A stretch of DNA of 63,470 nt, the filler included, from Aduncisulcus paluster (taxonomy: Eukaryota), in NCBI GenBank assembly GCA_024181965.1. It is 11 parts of 11 records of this genome, joined end to end, with 100 filler letters (N's around TTAATTAATTAA, not from the genome) between each part and the next. Parts side by side here need not be neighbours in the genome. Positions count along the whole stretch, not along the records: positions 35,755 to 37,955 come from BQXS01011861.1; positions 38,056 to 43,248 come from BQXS01011862.1; positions 43,349 to 45,010 come from BQXS01011863.1; positions 45,111 to 59,328 come from BQXS01011864.1; 7 more parts are not named here. One strand, written 5' to 3'. Below, one piece after another: positions 35,755-46,885 of the stretch (position 1 is the first letter of the stretch; every line of letters starts with the position of its first letter). The notes below the pieces were generated by a model that was given only the letters and a program-made list of their open reading frames with translations, made no database searches and was not told the origin of the DNA. The position numbers and the translations under genes are program-made.

Positions 35755-36163
35755 CCTTCAATCGGGTATTCTCCTTCTGCAGTTTCCGAACAAAGCGATC
35801 GAGGTCCGCAGCAGAGGTCGCTTTTGGGAAGGAATGCACAGTCCCATCCAAGCTGGTGTATTCTGCCCGTTCAATATATTTATGCTTGACAATATCTTTA
35901 GCAAGGGTCTTGCAAAACTTGTTATCCTTGCCTATAATGAAAAATTCGTCGGGGCCACAGCCTTTCTTGGCAATTCCAACGCAGACTTCGCCATCATCAT
36001 TACAAATATCAACAGAGAAGATTTCCCTCTCGCTAAAGTACGATAAAAGATTTTTGATGGATCGTTTCGTCGGCCTACCTTTGTCCACATCGACAATTTT
36101 GACTTGATACTTATCCTTCATTTTAACACGAACTTTCTCAGTTTCTGGAGTTGATTGTGACAT
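35755..36163 (-). CDS. Hypothetical protein (3' truncated)
   Basis: ATG-initiated ORF with protein-like composition, running into the spacer. Confidence 0.6.
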
Positions 36164-36399
36164 TAGACGCTATTAATTGTGTTTTCCACGAACTGGATAT
36201 TTGTTCAATGATATGATTCGAAAGAAAATCCAGTTTTTTCTCCTCAGAAGCTCCTCAGGTTCTCAAGTATCATATCTCATCTCACCAATGGGATAATAAA
36301 TTTGTCTACTACATGTCACATCATAATATCCGAATGAAAACACACATGCGTCATGAAACCAGAAACTTGAGAATTTCTCAATGAGAAAAATACGCGATT

Positions 36400-36620
36400 C
36401 AGCCTCAGGAAGAGATTCTAACCCTAAGATCAAAGTATCTACATATCAAATAAAGAGAGAAAATGAATTGTCAGCGAATTGAGACCGGATATATATTCTG
36501 TGAAAAGTAAAAATTCAGAACTGTTTCTCCACTGACAGTGATGGAGGGCTAGCAAATTTATTAGATTTCAACACCATGATTGAAGCTGGCAGTCCGGTCA
36601 GAGCGATCAAGTTAATTTTT
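36400..36620 (+). ncRNA. Candidate structured ncRNA, possibly telomerase RNA (ends not defined)
   Basis: CTAACCCTAA at 36418-36427. Nested helices GACCGG/CCGGTC, TCTG/CAGA, ACTGTT/GGCAGT, TCTCCA/TGGAGG, CTAG/TTAG and TTCAA/TTGAA, then a T-run after 36611. Confidence 0.35.
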
Positions 36621-36729
36621 ATTTTACATTCTAATGCTTTACAAAAATATTAATAATAGCCGAGTAATGTGACCTCTATAGCTATTCGATAAAAGGCTAT
36701 TCCAGATAAGTTACTACAGTAAAATGTTT

Positions 36730-37955
36730 TCATTGTAAATCACTGTCTTCACTACCAGTTTTGCTTAAATCCAAAGAAGATCCTTGGGTATTTTGCGAAA
36801 GAGGTGATGGAGCAGGCAAAGATAGGGAAGGGGAGAGAAGGGAAGGAGTCGAAAGGAGAGAAGAAGAATCATCAATTCCACTGTGCATTTGGCCATATTG
36901 ATTTGCAGAGAGCGGTGTCATTGGAGGATCAATAGTTGCTGCAGAAATTGGCGATCTGGGTTCTGAAGAAACTTGCTTTTGGGTAGAAGTACCTTTCCAA
37001 TCAACCCCCGAGATTAATTGCATTCTAGTTCCTCCAGACATTTTCATTGATTCCTTTTTGTCATCCTCAACACTATCAGAAAAGCTGCCAAACATATCAT
37101 TCTTGTCAGGTGTTTCTTGTTTATCCTCGAAAGTTCTTCGGACTTCTTCACGGATGGAGTCTTCCTTCTTTTCCTCAGAGTCTTCATGGTTAGATCCTTC
37201 TTCCTCTTCCTTTTCCTCTTCCTCTTCCTCTTCCTTTTCCTCCTCTTCCTCTTCTTTCTCTTCTTCTTCCTCTTCCTTCTCTTCAGAAGGCCCATGAACA
37301 GAATCTTCCTCCTTTTCTTCCAATTCCGATTGTTCATGATTGGAATCTTCTATTTTAGCCTGAAATTCTTCTTGTTTCTTTTCTTCAGATTCATCGCGAA
37401 CGAAATCCACATCGAATTCTTCAGAACCTAAACGAACGGAATCTTCTTTCTTTTCTTCAATGTCTTCATGTTGCTGCCCAAGGAAGGAATCCTCAGTTTT
37501 CTCTTCAGATTCTTCATGAACAGAGTCTTCTTTATCCTGACTCTCTTCAAAGTCTGCACTTATGATATTTTCTTCTTGTTTCTTTTCAGACTCAACGTCA
37601 TGTTCTTCTTGTTCTCCATTAATTCTAAGTGATTCCTCATCCAATTGTTCATGAACAGAATCATCTTTCTTGTGAGAAACTTCGTGAGAAACTTCGTGAG
37701 TATCGTCTGAGAAAACATTATCAAATGAATCTTCACTTTGAACATGATCTTCTCTACCAATCAACTCAGGTTCTTGGACAGACGAAGAGAGGGAGAACGA
37801 CCTGAAATTCTCATCAAATTCATCCGCAATAGAATCTTGCTTATTTTCCTCACCAAATTCCTCACCGATTGAATCTCCTTCCTTCATCTCTTCAGAATGC
37901 CCATGTAGTGCAGAATCAGTTGGTTTCTCATGTCCGAACTCATGAGCAGAGGATT
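36730..37955 (-). CDS. Highly acidic low-complexity protein (5' truncated)
   Basis: Frame is open to the contig edge, with recurrent EDSxHE motifs and poly-Glu. Confidence 0.75.
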
Positions 37956-38055
37956 NNNNNNNNNNNNNNNNNNNNNNNNNNNNNNNNNNNNNNNNNNNNT
38001 TAATTAATTAANNNNNNNNNNNNNNNNNNNNNNNNNNNNNNNNNNNNNNNNNNNN

Positions 38056-38371
38056 ACAAGGCCTTGCTGCCAATCTTGAAGAGGCTGAGGAAAGGGTTCG
38101 TGAGGGTGGCTTGCGTGAGAGGGAGCGTGTGTGTGGCTTTGTTCTTGATGATCAATGTGAGGAGCGAGAGAAGGAAGAAGAGGAGAAGGGTGAAGATGAT
38201 TGCTCGATTATCACATCTGCCCATAGTACTTTGCCTTCTCCTTGCGCTTCTTTGCCTGATAGCGAGAAAGTGTCGCCTGTTGGCAGTTCGAAAGGAAGTG
38301 AGGAGGAAGAGAGTGTTGGGGAGGAGAAAGAAGTTCAGGGAGTTGTCGCTTTGCAAGAAGACTCCTCTTAA
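38056..38371 (+). CDS. C-terminal fragment of an acidic hypothetical protein
   Basis: The frame of ORF 38111-38371 is open from the contig edge and is followed by an AT-rich flank. Confidence 0.55.
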
Positions 38372-39332
38372 GCTATTTTTTAATGATTATTTCACTTTTT
38401 TTTCTTATTCTCTACTATTTGATCAATATTATTTGATCTGTTTAAATCGAGATTTATTTATTTTTGTTTTCCATTGTTTCTTGTTTGTTATACGTAAGTG
38501 AGATTAAAATTTCGTTCATTTTTGTCTCACTTAGTGGTTCAATATTATAATTAATATCAGATTTTCGCTTCTTATATCAGTTTTTTAGTATTTTTTGAAA
38601 TTTCTTACATGACAAGCTTCATGCATTAAATGCATTGCTTTGCTTTGCCAATCTCGGCGACTGAATTGCTCAGTAAATGATAATTGCAATATATTATGAC
38701 TCTTGCTCGATATTTTGTTGACATGCTTGGGAGTTGTCTTTCCAATGTTTCTCAGTGAAAATAACCTTTTAATTTGGTTTGTTTACTGATTTAAGGACAT
38801 TTGCAAGGAAATCGTGATATTTTACTAATTCATTGAGAACATGATAAGTTATGTTTTAAATATTTGAAAAATGCCATAATAACGAAGATTTAGCCATATA
38901 TAAACTTAGAATAAATATGATTTCACAGATAGTTCAATTCGGATTGAAATATTCCTGAATTTAGGATTGAAAATCGAACAAAAATTGTGTTTTTCTCAAC
39001 AAAACAAGAATAATCATTGATAAAATCTCATCTTTGTGAGTTATACAAAGAAAAAATAAATGCCATTTCTATTTTTAGAATTTCTATTTTTAGAAACGAG
39101 ATTTTTGTTTTGGACATTATTTGAACAAAACGAGTAAATTAGTTTGAATTATCGACAAACAATGACGATATATTAAAATTGATTCTCCTTTCAAAATAAG
39201 AAAAGAAGAATACCATCAAAAATACTCCATTTTGAGAAAATTCAGCAATCAATTGTCAAACACATTCAAACTTTAATATATCTTCACAATTCATAATAAT
39301 CTCCCCACATAACAAAACAAGGAAGGAATAAA

Positions 39333-40313
39333 TCATTCCCGATATCTGGAAGGAATTTCACTGGGACCAAGAAAAGGAATGAATTTGTCATGAACAATCA
39401 TCCCTTTTTTTTGCATATCAAGGATAATTTGATGTCTTTTAAGCATATCAAGACCAAAAATTGCATCAATATTGCTTCGTTCAAGCACTGTAAAGGCACA
39501 AGGCAGCACCAAAGAGTCACATTTAACATCTACAACATGAATTCGTCCAAGAGTCATTTGTTCTCCGACACCTCGAGCCAAGTGCCTCATTCGAGTATCG
39601 ATAATATCGTCAATCTTCGCTTTCACAGCCGTTTCCTGAGATATAATAGATATTTGAGCTCCACTATCAACAAGAGCAACGAATTCCACCCCGTGAATAC
39701 TCAGTTTAATGTACAACATTTCTACGGAACCGAAATGTTCCGGATAATGAGTAAGAGCATATTCCAAATTTTGTTGGACGCGACCTCGCCGAGCAAGAGA
39801 ATCCATCTGACTTATTGTTTGAGAAGAAATCGTGATACCCGTAGGAATTCCAGGAATTCGAATTGTGAAAGGTTGCCCTTGCGACGCAACAGCTGGAGAA
39901 GATCCTTGAGGAGCAGGAGAGCCAGGAGAAGATCCATCTGTTAAGGGATGTGTAGATTGACCGAATGATGATCTATCCAAACCAGAAATCAGTTGAGTAG
40001 ATGGGGAATGCCTTGAATCCATTGATGGAGTATTATCAACTGTGGATTGGGTTTTCAAAGGGAGATCGATATCAATGGGACTTTTATGGGTCTCAAGTAT
40101 TTTAAATTTAACAATATCTTTTCCAAAGTGACCCAATGGAGTATCTGAGGCCAAAAGAATAACTCCAGACTCAGTTGTGATAGCTATATTCGGATCGTCA
40201 GTTGTTGAAATAAGAATATCATACAATCTTTCTAAAGTGATAGATTCACCAAGTTTAAACTCAAAAGTGGCTGGGGATAGTCCTTCAGCTCGTTCTATAA
40301 TAACTTGAACCAT
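39333..40313 (-). CDS. DDI1: DNA-damage-inducible protein 1 (UBL + retroviral-type aspartyl protease; no UBA domain)
   Basis: NLEYALTHYPEHFGSVEMLYI, ALVDSGAQ, ARGVG..GRIH and FGLDMLKRHQ. ATG at 40313. Confidence 0.93.
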   Translation of the reverse strand: MVQVIIERAEGLSPATFEFKLGESITLERLYDILISTTDDPNIAITTESGVILLASDTPLGHFGKDIVKFKILETHKSPIDIDLPLKTQSTVDNTPSMDSRHSPSTQLISGLDRSSFGQSTHPLTDGSSPGSPAPQGSSPAVASQGQPFTIRIPGIPTGITISSQTISQMDSLARRGRVQQNLEYALTHYPEHFGSVEMLYIKLSIHGVEFVALVDSGAQISIISQETAVKAKIDDIIDTRMRHLARGVGEQMTLGRIHVVDVKCDSLVLPCAFTVLERSNIDAIFGLDMLKRHQIILDMQKKGMIVHDKFIPFLGPSEIPSRYRE

Positions 40314-40697
40314 AAAATCTCTTGTCAATCTGGAGAAAAAATGAAATAACTGTTATAGTAAATGAAAAACCAAAACAGTATAAAAATATTGATCTGTTTG
40401 TATGTGTCAAAAGNNNNNNNNNNNNNNNNNNNNGCCAAAAGAATAACTCCAGACTCAGTTGTGATAGCTATATTCGGATCGTCAGTTGTTGAAATAAGAA
40501 TATCATACAATCTTTCTAAAGTGATAGATTCACCAAGTTTAAACTCAAAAGTGGCTGGGGATAGTCCTTCAGCTCGTTCTATAATAACTTGAACCATAAA
40601 ATCTCTTGTCAATCTGGAGAAAAAATGAAATAACTGTTATAGTAAATGAAAAACCAAAACAGTATAAAAATATTGATCTGTTTGTATGTGTCAAAAG
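40150..40697. repeat. ~264-bp duplication across a 20-N gap (40150-40413 and 40434-40697)
   Basis: Identical copies flanking the gap; explains the spurious ORF 40325-40612. Confidence 0.88.
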
Positions 40698-40726
40698 TCA
40701 TCCTATTGTAGCAGGCTTTGTAAGAA

Positions 40727-40812
40727 TTACCACCAAGATTTTGATTTTTACCACTAGGGTTACCACTTGAGTAAAATATTTTTACCACTGAAATTCAAAT
40801 ATTTTTACCACT
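40727..40812. promoter_or_regulatory. Cluster of five TTACCAC(T) motifs upstream of DDI1
   Basis: Copies at 40727, 40748, 40760, 40782 and 40805; two extend to AAATATTTTTACCACT. Confidence 0.4.
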
Positions 40813-41360
40813 AAGCCGATAATGGCTCTGCAAGGTGAATTAAGGTGTATTATAAAGGAATTAATGCAAATAAAGGTTATATATATATCTATGAATATAT
40901 TTTCATGGTTTTTGTAAATATTAATATCCGTTATAATGGTGTAACAAGATCATTCCGGTTGACAGCAGTGTTTTGCTAACATGATACAAGATGATGTTGG
41001 AATTTTCACATAAATGTGATTCTTACTATATTTTAAACATATTTTAAGGCGTTTTGTAAATGATAATCTTCTATTGTGGTAGATAAAAGTTGGTTCAAAA
41101 ATAACCAGGAAAGGAGGAGAGAGACTAAAATAAATACGCTATATATATAGTAAATGTTCAATTAAGGCAGAAAATAAGGACGGATTAATAAATCGAAATT
41201 GATAAAAAGAGAAAATGTAATTTTATTTTTTCTCAAAATAAAATATACTTCTAATTTTGAGGGCTAATGAAGAAAACCGATTTCTAGATCCTGTTATACT
41301 GAGATCCAGATAAAAATAATCATCATGAACTTAATTTTGAACAATTAATACATAATTCTA

Positions 41361-43248
41361 TTACTTTGACTCGTCAAATTGTGACATAAATTGATAGAAT
41401 CGCTCTTCTTTGACCTCAGCAAGATCATCAAGATCTCTTTCTCCATATCCACGCAATCTAAGCACATGCACACCACCATTACTGTCACCAACAAGGAGAA
41501 CATTCCTGCCTGGTGCCACTGTAACCGCTGTGAGTGTGTGAACAAGTTCGTCATCATCCACGGCTTTCTCTTCTTCCTCTACATCAATGTCCTCGTCCTC
41601 TGCAAGATCATCTGCATCTCCAAACCGAACACATGGAGCCGATGCATCAAAAGAAGCAAGGGGAATTCCTTTCTCAATTCCCCGTGGAAGATCCCAAATA
41701 AGAATCTCTTTGGGAGTAAGTGTATAGAACCCAAGAGGTGTATGAGGAATCCAGCCACCCCCAACAAGTTGTTCAACATTCATGGTTAACATGGGTTCAT
41801 GCTTTTCCCGCATGCATACCTTCACAGTATCATCGTGTGAAGCAGAAAGAACATAGTTTGGACACCAATGGTGAAACTGTGCACATACGACCTGACTTGT
41901 ATGAACGGTAAAAGTCTCCATGAATTGATCAATATAGCTACTAGAAGCGATGTGAGAGCACCCATCATCGGTTCCAACAACAAACATGCCCTTTTCGGTT
42001 GGATGCATGCTCAAACACACTCCTCCACTGATCCGCTTCATACCAGTCTGAGGCTTCACACCACGAGTAGCCTGAGGATGATGAACGACTACTCTGAGTT
42101 TCAGCAACTCACTGGGTTGAAGAGAAAGACGGAGAGAACGTTTCGTGATCCTGCCATCGAGAGATACACTGATCAGGTCGTTTCCAATCCATTCAATCTC
42201 TGTCACCTTGTCTGTATGTTTATGTAATGCCGGGGAAGATGATAACAGTGGAACGACATTCCCCATCATATCGGTCTCGTTCTCACTGACATTCACAACC
42301 ATCACTCTCCCATCTGCAAGACCAACTGCAAGAAGGGCAGCAATATCATTCGAAAAGGCAACACATGTGACAGGAGAAGAAAACTTCATGTGATATTGAT
42401 GAAAAGCTGGGTTAATCGGAGACCAGAGAAGAACCAAACCATCTTCAGGTTGAATAGCTGAGTGTTTCACATTGCGACTACTCCCATAACCAATAGCAAT
42501 AAGGTCTTTGGATGAGGGATTCCAAGAAAAACAGGTAACTGGCCTTCCTCGTGATAAACCGGAAGTATATGACCACAAACGGACAAGTTTGACATCAGAC
42601 AATTTGTTGAGTCCAGAAATCTGTAGTTTGGCGGCATTTTTAGTCTCAATGTCTTCACACCGATAATCCCTCAGAAGTTTATAGTACGCACTCTGAACAA
42701 CGATCTGTTCTACAGATAACAAACGACGTACAAGCGAAGGATCATGTAAAACTCGAGAGATGGCCCTTTCCCTCCTCATTCTAGCAACTCTATCCTCCAT
42801 ATCTTCCTCTGGTAACACACCAGAATCAACAGTAATAGCTGATACCGTTGATGAAGCAGTTAAAGTAACATCAGCAAGGGATCGGGAAGTGTATTTTGTA
42901 ACAACAGTGCCCGCATCGGAACAAGTTAAGGACATTGTGTACGTCGATTCGGTATCTCCACGATCATCCGTGGATTGAGAGGGTTCATCTCTAGGAGAAG
43001 CTGTAGGAACAGCACCAAGTTCACCACCAACGGCCGCAACTGCAGCGGCAGCTCTATCCTCTTCTTGAGTATCCGCATTCTGGGCATCGAAGATGCTGGC
43101 GATTGAACACTCGACAGAAGCATCTTTGGACGATGGTTGTCTTATTCCGCAACCTTTTTCTTTTAATGTTTGTAAATGAGTTTGAGTTTCAACTTCCTTT
43201 GTTGTTGGTGCTGTTTTTTGTCGTTTACAATAATCTTTATACCTTTGA
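41361..43248 (-). CDS. Axonemal dynein intermediate chain, WD40, WDR78/DNAI4-like (5' truncated)
   Basis: Frame is open to the contig edge (ETQT...SIFDA). Motifs LWSY..GRPVTCFSWNP..DLIAIGYG, GLVLLWSPINP, KHTDKVTEIEW, SVSLDGRI and FVVGTDDG. Confidence 0.85.
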
Positions 43249-43348
43249 NNNNNNNNNNNNNNNNNNNNNNNNNNNNNNNNNNNNNNNNNNNNTTAATTAA
43301 TTAANNNNNNNNNNNNNNNNNNNNNNNNNNNNNNNNNNNNNNNNNNNN

Positions 43349-45010
43349 GGGAATATGATCAGCTGAGGTTGATCAGCGGGCTGAGGTCTGCTCTAGGTGT
43401 TCTGCGGTCACCCCTACGTATGGTTGGGATCTATAGATTTTGACAAGCACAATGAGCAGGACAATTTATTAGAATAAAGATTTCTATTACATAGGGGAAA
43501 TAAAAGTAAGTTTATCGAGGGGAAAGCAAAGTTTGTAAAACAACATAATTTATAAAACTACCGACTTGGGATTTCAATGAATAACAAAGATATTAGGAAA
43601 ATAAAAAGTATAGAAAATAATAGAAACCTTAGTAGAGAACGAATTAATCAAAATTAGATAATAAAAATAAAATAGCTTGTTAGTAAGAAAATAATAATGA
43701 AATAAAAGTAGAGGTGGTGGGAGTTGAACCCAGGTCCTCATTGTAGTGAATGCAAGGCACTATCCTTTGAGCTATAACGTAGTTATTTGGAATTATTTTG
43801 GGGAACCACAATGCTACATGTAAAGTTTTGGTTTGTCCACGGTGTCCTCCCTCCTGAAGTCGTCTCGATATCGCTCGTCCCGTTATTGAGGGGAGTCCCA
43901 AACCCAAAAGGTTGCTCACCTCCATGATACGTATGCCCACAGCCTTCGGGCCCATTCGACCCATCCACTCATCACATAGTCTAATTAAGAGTTGTGTTAC
44001 CGTGGCAGCACCTGAAAGGGCGGTGAGGAGGTCAGCACGCAAGCGTTGTCGTGCCTTCTGGGTGGCACGGGCGTAAATCTCGTCCTGTATCATATGTGCA
44101 GCACATAAAGTTTGAACCGTGGTTTGCAGCCCCTCCTCCCTGTGTGGCCTTATTATAAATTTATAACCAATGGTGGAGCAAATTTATTATTTCTATGAAC
44201 GAAGCGCAAAGAACAAAGTAAAAACCAAAACACAAAAACTGCATCCAGAATAACTTCCGAATCAAACAATATGATTCCATTCTAAAAATGGAATTATTTA
44301 AATAAAATAAAACGTATTTAAAATTAACTAAAAGTTCTTTATAATATCAATCTTCCCAAAGGTTGTAGGAATGGATGGGGAAATGCCCACACCTGACCAT
44401 TCCTTCAAATACTGCGGGACAACCCGCCAAGGCGGCACGAAAGATTCCCTCAACAGATGTTGAAGAGATAGTGTTGCCTGTCCGTGAAGGGGGGAGTCTG
44501 CCCAGATGAGGAGATCCAATCTCTGCCTCATCGGGATCTCCGATTCTACGGGGGAGTGTATTGCCTCCAGGCCGTCTACGATGTGAGCGGCTGCTTCGAG
44601 TGCGTATCTTGGCTCGCAGTGAACGATCCACCTTCCCCTCCACCATTTTTCGAAGAACGGTCCTGTGGTTTGGGATGGCTGGACTGGGCCTATCTCTTCT
44701 ATCAGCCATTGCAGCAGACAAGTCTCTTCTCTTGGGCTGTAGCTGAGTGGGCGTGACAGTCGATCGGCCACGGTATTTACGAGGCCCGGAATAAAGCATG
44801 GCACGACGTGTAGTCTTTTCTTTCTCAAGAGTGTAGCGATCTCTCTTGCTATGGCCTGCAGCGAGGCCGAGACTGAACCCTTTATCGCAGCTCCCCGTGC
44901 GGCCGTGGCGTCTGTTGACCATATGATTGTGCAGTCGCTGGGTTCGACTAATTGGAAGGCCTTGAGGAGTGCTCGCAGCTCCAACGAAGTGATGTGGTTC
45001 TCTTCGGCTT
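43349..45010 (-). mobile_element. Decayed DIRS-type (tyrosine recombinase) retrotransposon fragment: RNase H ORF 44328-45010 and a possible YR N-terminal remnant at about 43830-44093
   Basis: HITSLELRA...WSTDATAA..IKGS..LQAIAREI...FIPGLVNTVADRLSR matches the DIRS1-type RNase H pattern. GC-rich blocks contrast with the AT-rich host sequence. Confidence 0.75.
43709..43781 (-). pseudogene. 73-nt tRNA-like pseudogene (Ala-like body, anticodon not assignable)
   Basis: A-box TAGCTCAAAGGATAG, B-box GGTTCAACTCC, canonical length, and CTTTT immediately after. The acceptor and anticodon stems do not pair properly. Confidence 0.65.
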
Positions 45011-45110
45011 NNNNNNNNNNNNNNNNNNNNNNNNNNNNNNNNNNNNNNNNNNNNTTAATTAATTAANNNNNNNNNNNNNNNNNNNNNNNNNNNNNNNNNN
45101 NNNNNNNNNN

Positions 45111-46505
45111 TCTTCATCCACAGCCTGGAGATCCTATATTCCTACCCCTATCGCCATTGCTCTTCCGTTCAATGTCCTTCCTTGGTATGCTATGTTCGCT
45201 ATATCTGAGAGAGTGTATCCAAAGGGTTCTAAGCGTCAACTAACGTCATCTGTGTCATCCAGTCAGAGTGGGTCGAGTGTTGGCAAGAAAGAGGAGTCTG
45301 GTATGGGTTCCAACCCTCGTTCTGCTCGTACTTACTCAGGAAACTCTCAGCTTTCGTGCACTTCTTCTCTCCATTCCTCGTATTCCCTTCCTCCTCTCCC
45401 TCCCTCTGCTTCCCTTAAGCTCCCTATTTCCATCCCTGTGATGTCTCTCCCCATGTTAAACTGTTGCATCCAAGAGGAAGAGACAAACATATCTCCCACA
45501 ACGCTCCTGACTCTTGATGTGCGTGTTATTCTGGAGTCTTATGTGCAGACTCACCCAGACAACCGTGACTTGCATAAACTTGGGCTAGAGTGGAAGAATT
45601 GTATGAATAATGCAAGGATGACTGTAAAATTGGAAGAAATCGTATGGGCTTGCGTGAGTGTTGCAGTATTGAGTGTAGCTTGCGAAGAAGTTGAGAGGGC
45701 TACTCTTCGTGCGCAACATAGAAAGAAATTACTCGACAAATACGGAATAACCCAAGAAGAAGAAGAGGAAGAGGAAGAGGAAGAAGACGAGGCTGATATT
45801 GATAGATCTGTTCTTTTAAATCAAATAGACAAAGAGTTGGATGACTATGATAGGGAAATCATACCCAATCTCCGCAAGAAGTGGAATTCCCCCAGTGAAG
45901 GGCTTCTTTCCCCAATACCGAAATCCTTGTCCGATGCTTCTTCCATTGGACTGATTCTTGAGTCCTTCTTTGGAGTTCTCATTCTTGTCAAGAGTATCCA
46001 CTTCATCGCCGATCCATGTGGTCTCGTTATGCCAGGGGAGGAGGAAGAAGGAGAAGAAGGAGAGGAGGATGAAGAGTTGGATGAGAAATGTGATGTGTTC
46101 TTGTATTCCTTTAGGGACTTCTTGTGTGAGATCAAGAGAGTGGAAGAAGAGTGGGAGGACGTGTCAAAGAATAGGAAGAGTATCGAATCTATCAGTGCCT
46201 TGAGAAAGAAGAAACAGGATGAGAATGATATCCTCGACGTAGCCAAAAGGGTGGATGTTACTTGCCTCATTGGCGTTAGCAACTTAGCAAATGCAATTAT
46301 CCAAAATATATCTTTGAGAAACTTGGTATCTGACGAATATCTTCTCTCTTTCTGTAACGAATTGAAAGATTGCGATGATGAAATCTATCCCAGTATCGAA
46401 TTGGCTCACAAATGGCTCACTCAGGAAAATGATGAAAATAGTGGAGAATATGAGTACGAAGAGGAAGAGGAAGGGGAAGAAGAAGAGGAGGAGGAGTCAA
46501 ATTGA
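45111..46505 (+). CDS. Hypothetical acidic helical protein (5' truncated)
   Basis: Frame is open from the contig edge to the TGA at 46505. Confidence 0.75.
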   Translation, partial: SSSTAWRSYIPTPIAIALPFNVLPWYAMFAISERVYPKGSKRQLTSSVSSSQSGSSVGKKEESGMGSNPRSARTYSGNSQLSCTSSLHSSYSLPPLPPSASLKLPISIPVMSLPMLNCCIQEEETNISPTTLLTLDVRVILESYVQTHPDNRDLHKLGLEWKNCMNNARMTVKLEEIVWACVSVAVLSVACEEVERATLRAQHRKKLLDKYGITQEEEEEEEEEEDEADIDRSVLLNQIDKELDDYDREIIPNLRKKWNSPSEGLLSPIPKSLSDASSIGLILESFFGVLILVKSIHFIADPCGLVMPGEEEEGEEGEEDEELDEKCDVFLYSFRDFLCEIKRVEEEWEDVSKNRKSIESISALRKKKQDENDILDVAKRVDVTCLIGVSNLANAIIQNISLRNLVSDEYLLSFCNELKDCDDEIYPSIELAHKWLTQENDENSGEYEYEEEEEGEEEEEEESN

Positions 46506-46885
46506 ATATCATCAATTGGAATATTTATTGCACTTCGAAACTTCCGATTTTGAAGTTCGATAATGATCAACAGTTGTTTACTCAACGAGTAATTCACTCA
46601 GAAATTTATTTTTTGAAGAAAAATAATATTATATAGTACAAAATAATGACGGAAATAAACTTATTGTTCTTTCTGTTGTCACTTGTCGAGGACGAAATTG
46701 GAGAAAGAAGGAGCCGTATGAATACATATTAAATTCCACTTTTTGCTTATTTGTGTATTCTTATTTATGAATAGCGTGTCTGATACTTCTTTTAAAGTTT
46801 GCATAGATTCGGTTTCCTTTTCCCTTCCTGTTACCTTTTTATACGTCGATTTAGTGGGATAGTTTAACTGTTATCAGAACTTATA

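Noticed and set aside
36424..36440. CTAAGATCAAAGTATCT resembles U2 snRNA (CTAAGATCAAGTGTAGTATCT)
   Set aside because: It lacks the essential GTAGTA branch-pairing sequence and U2 stem I.
39333..39750. Retroviral-type protease as evidence of an LTR element
   Set aside because: The context (UBL domain, NLEYA..PE.F, FGLDML) identifies it as cellular DDI1.
43709..43781. Functional opal-suppressor or selenocysteine tRNA (TCA register)
   Set aside because: The acceptor stem is unpaired, there is no long variable arm, and TGA serves as a normal stop in many genes here.
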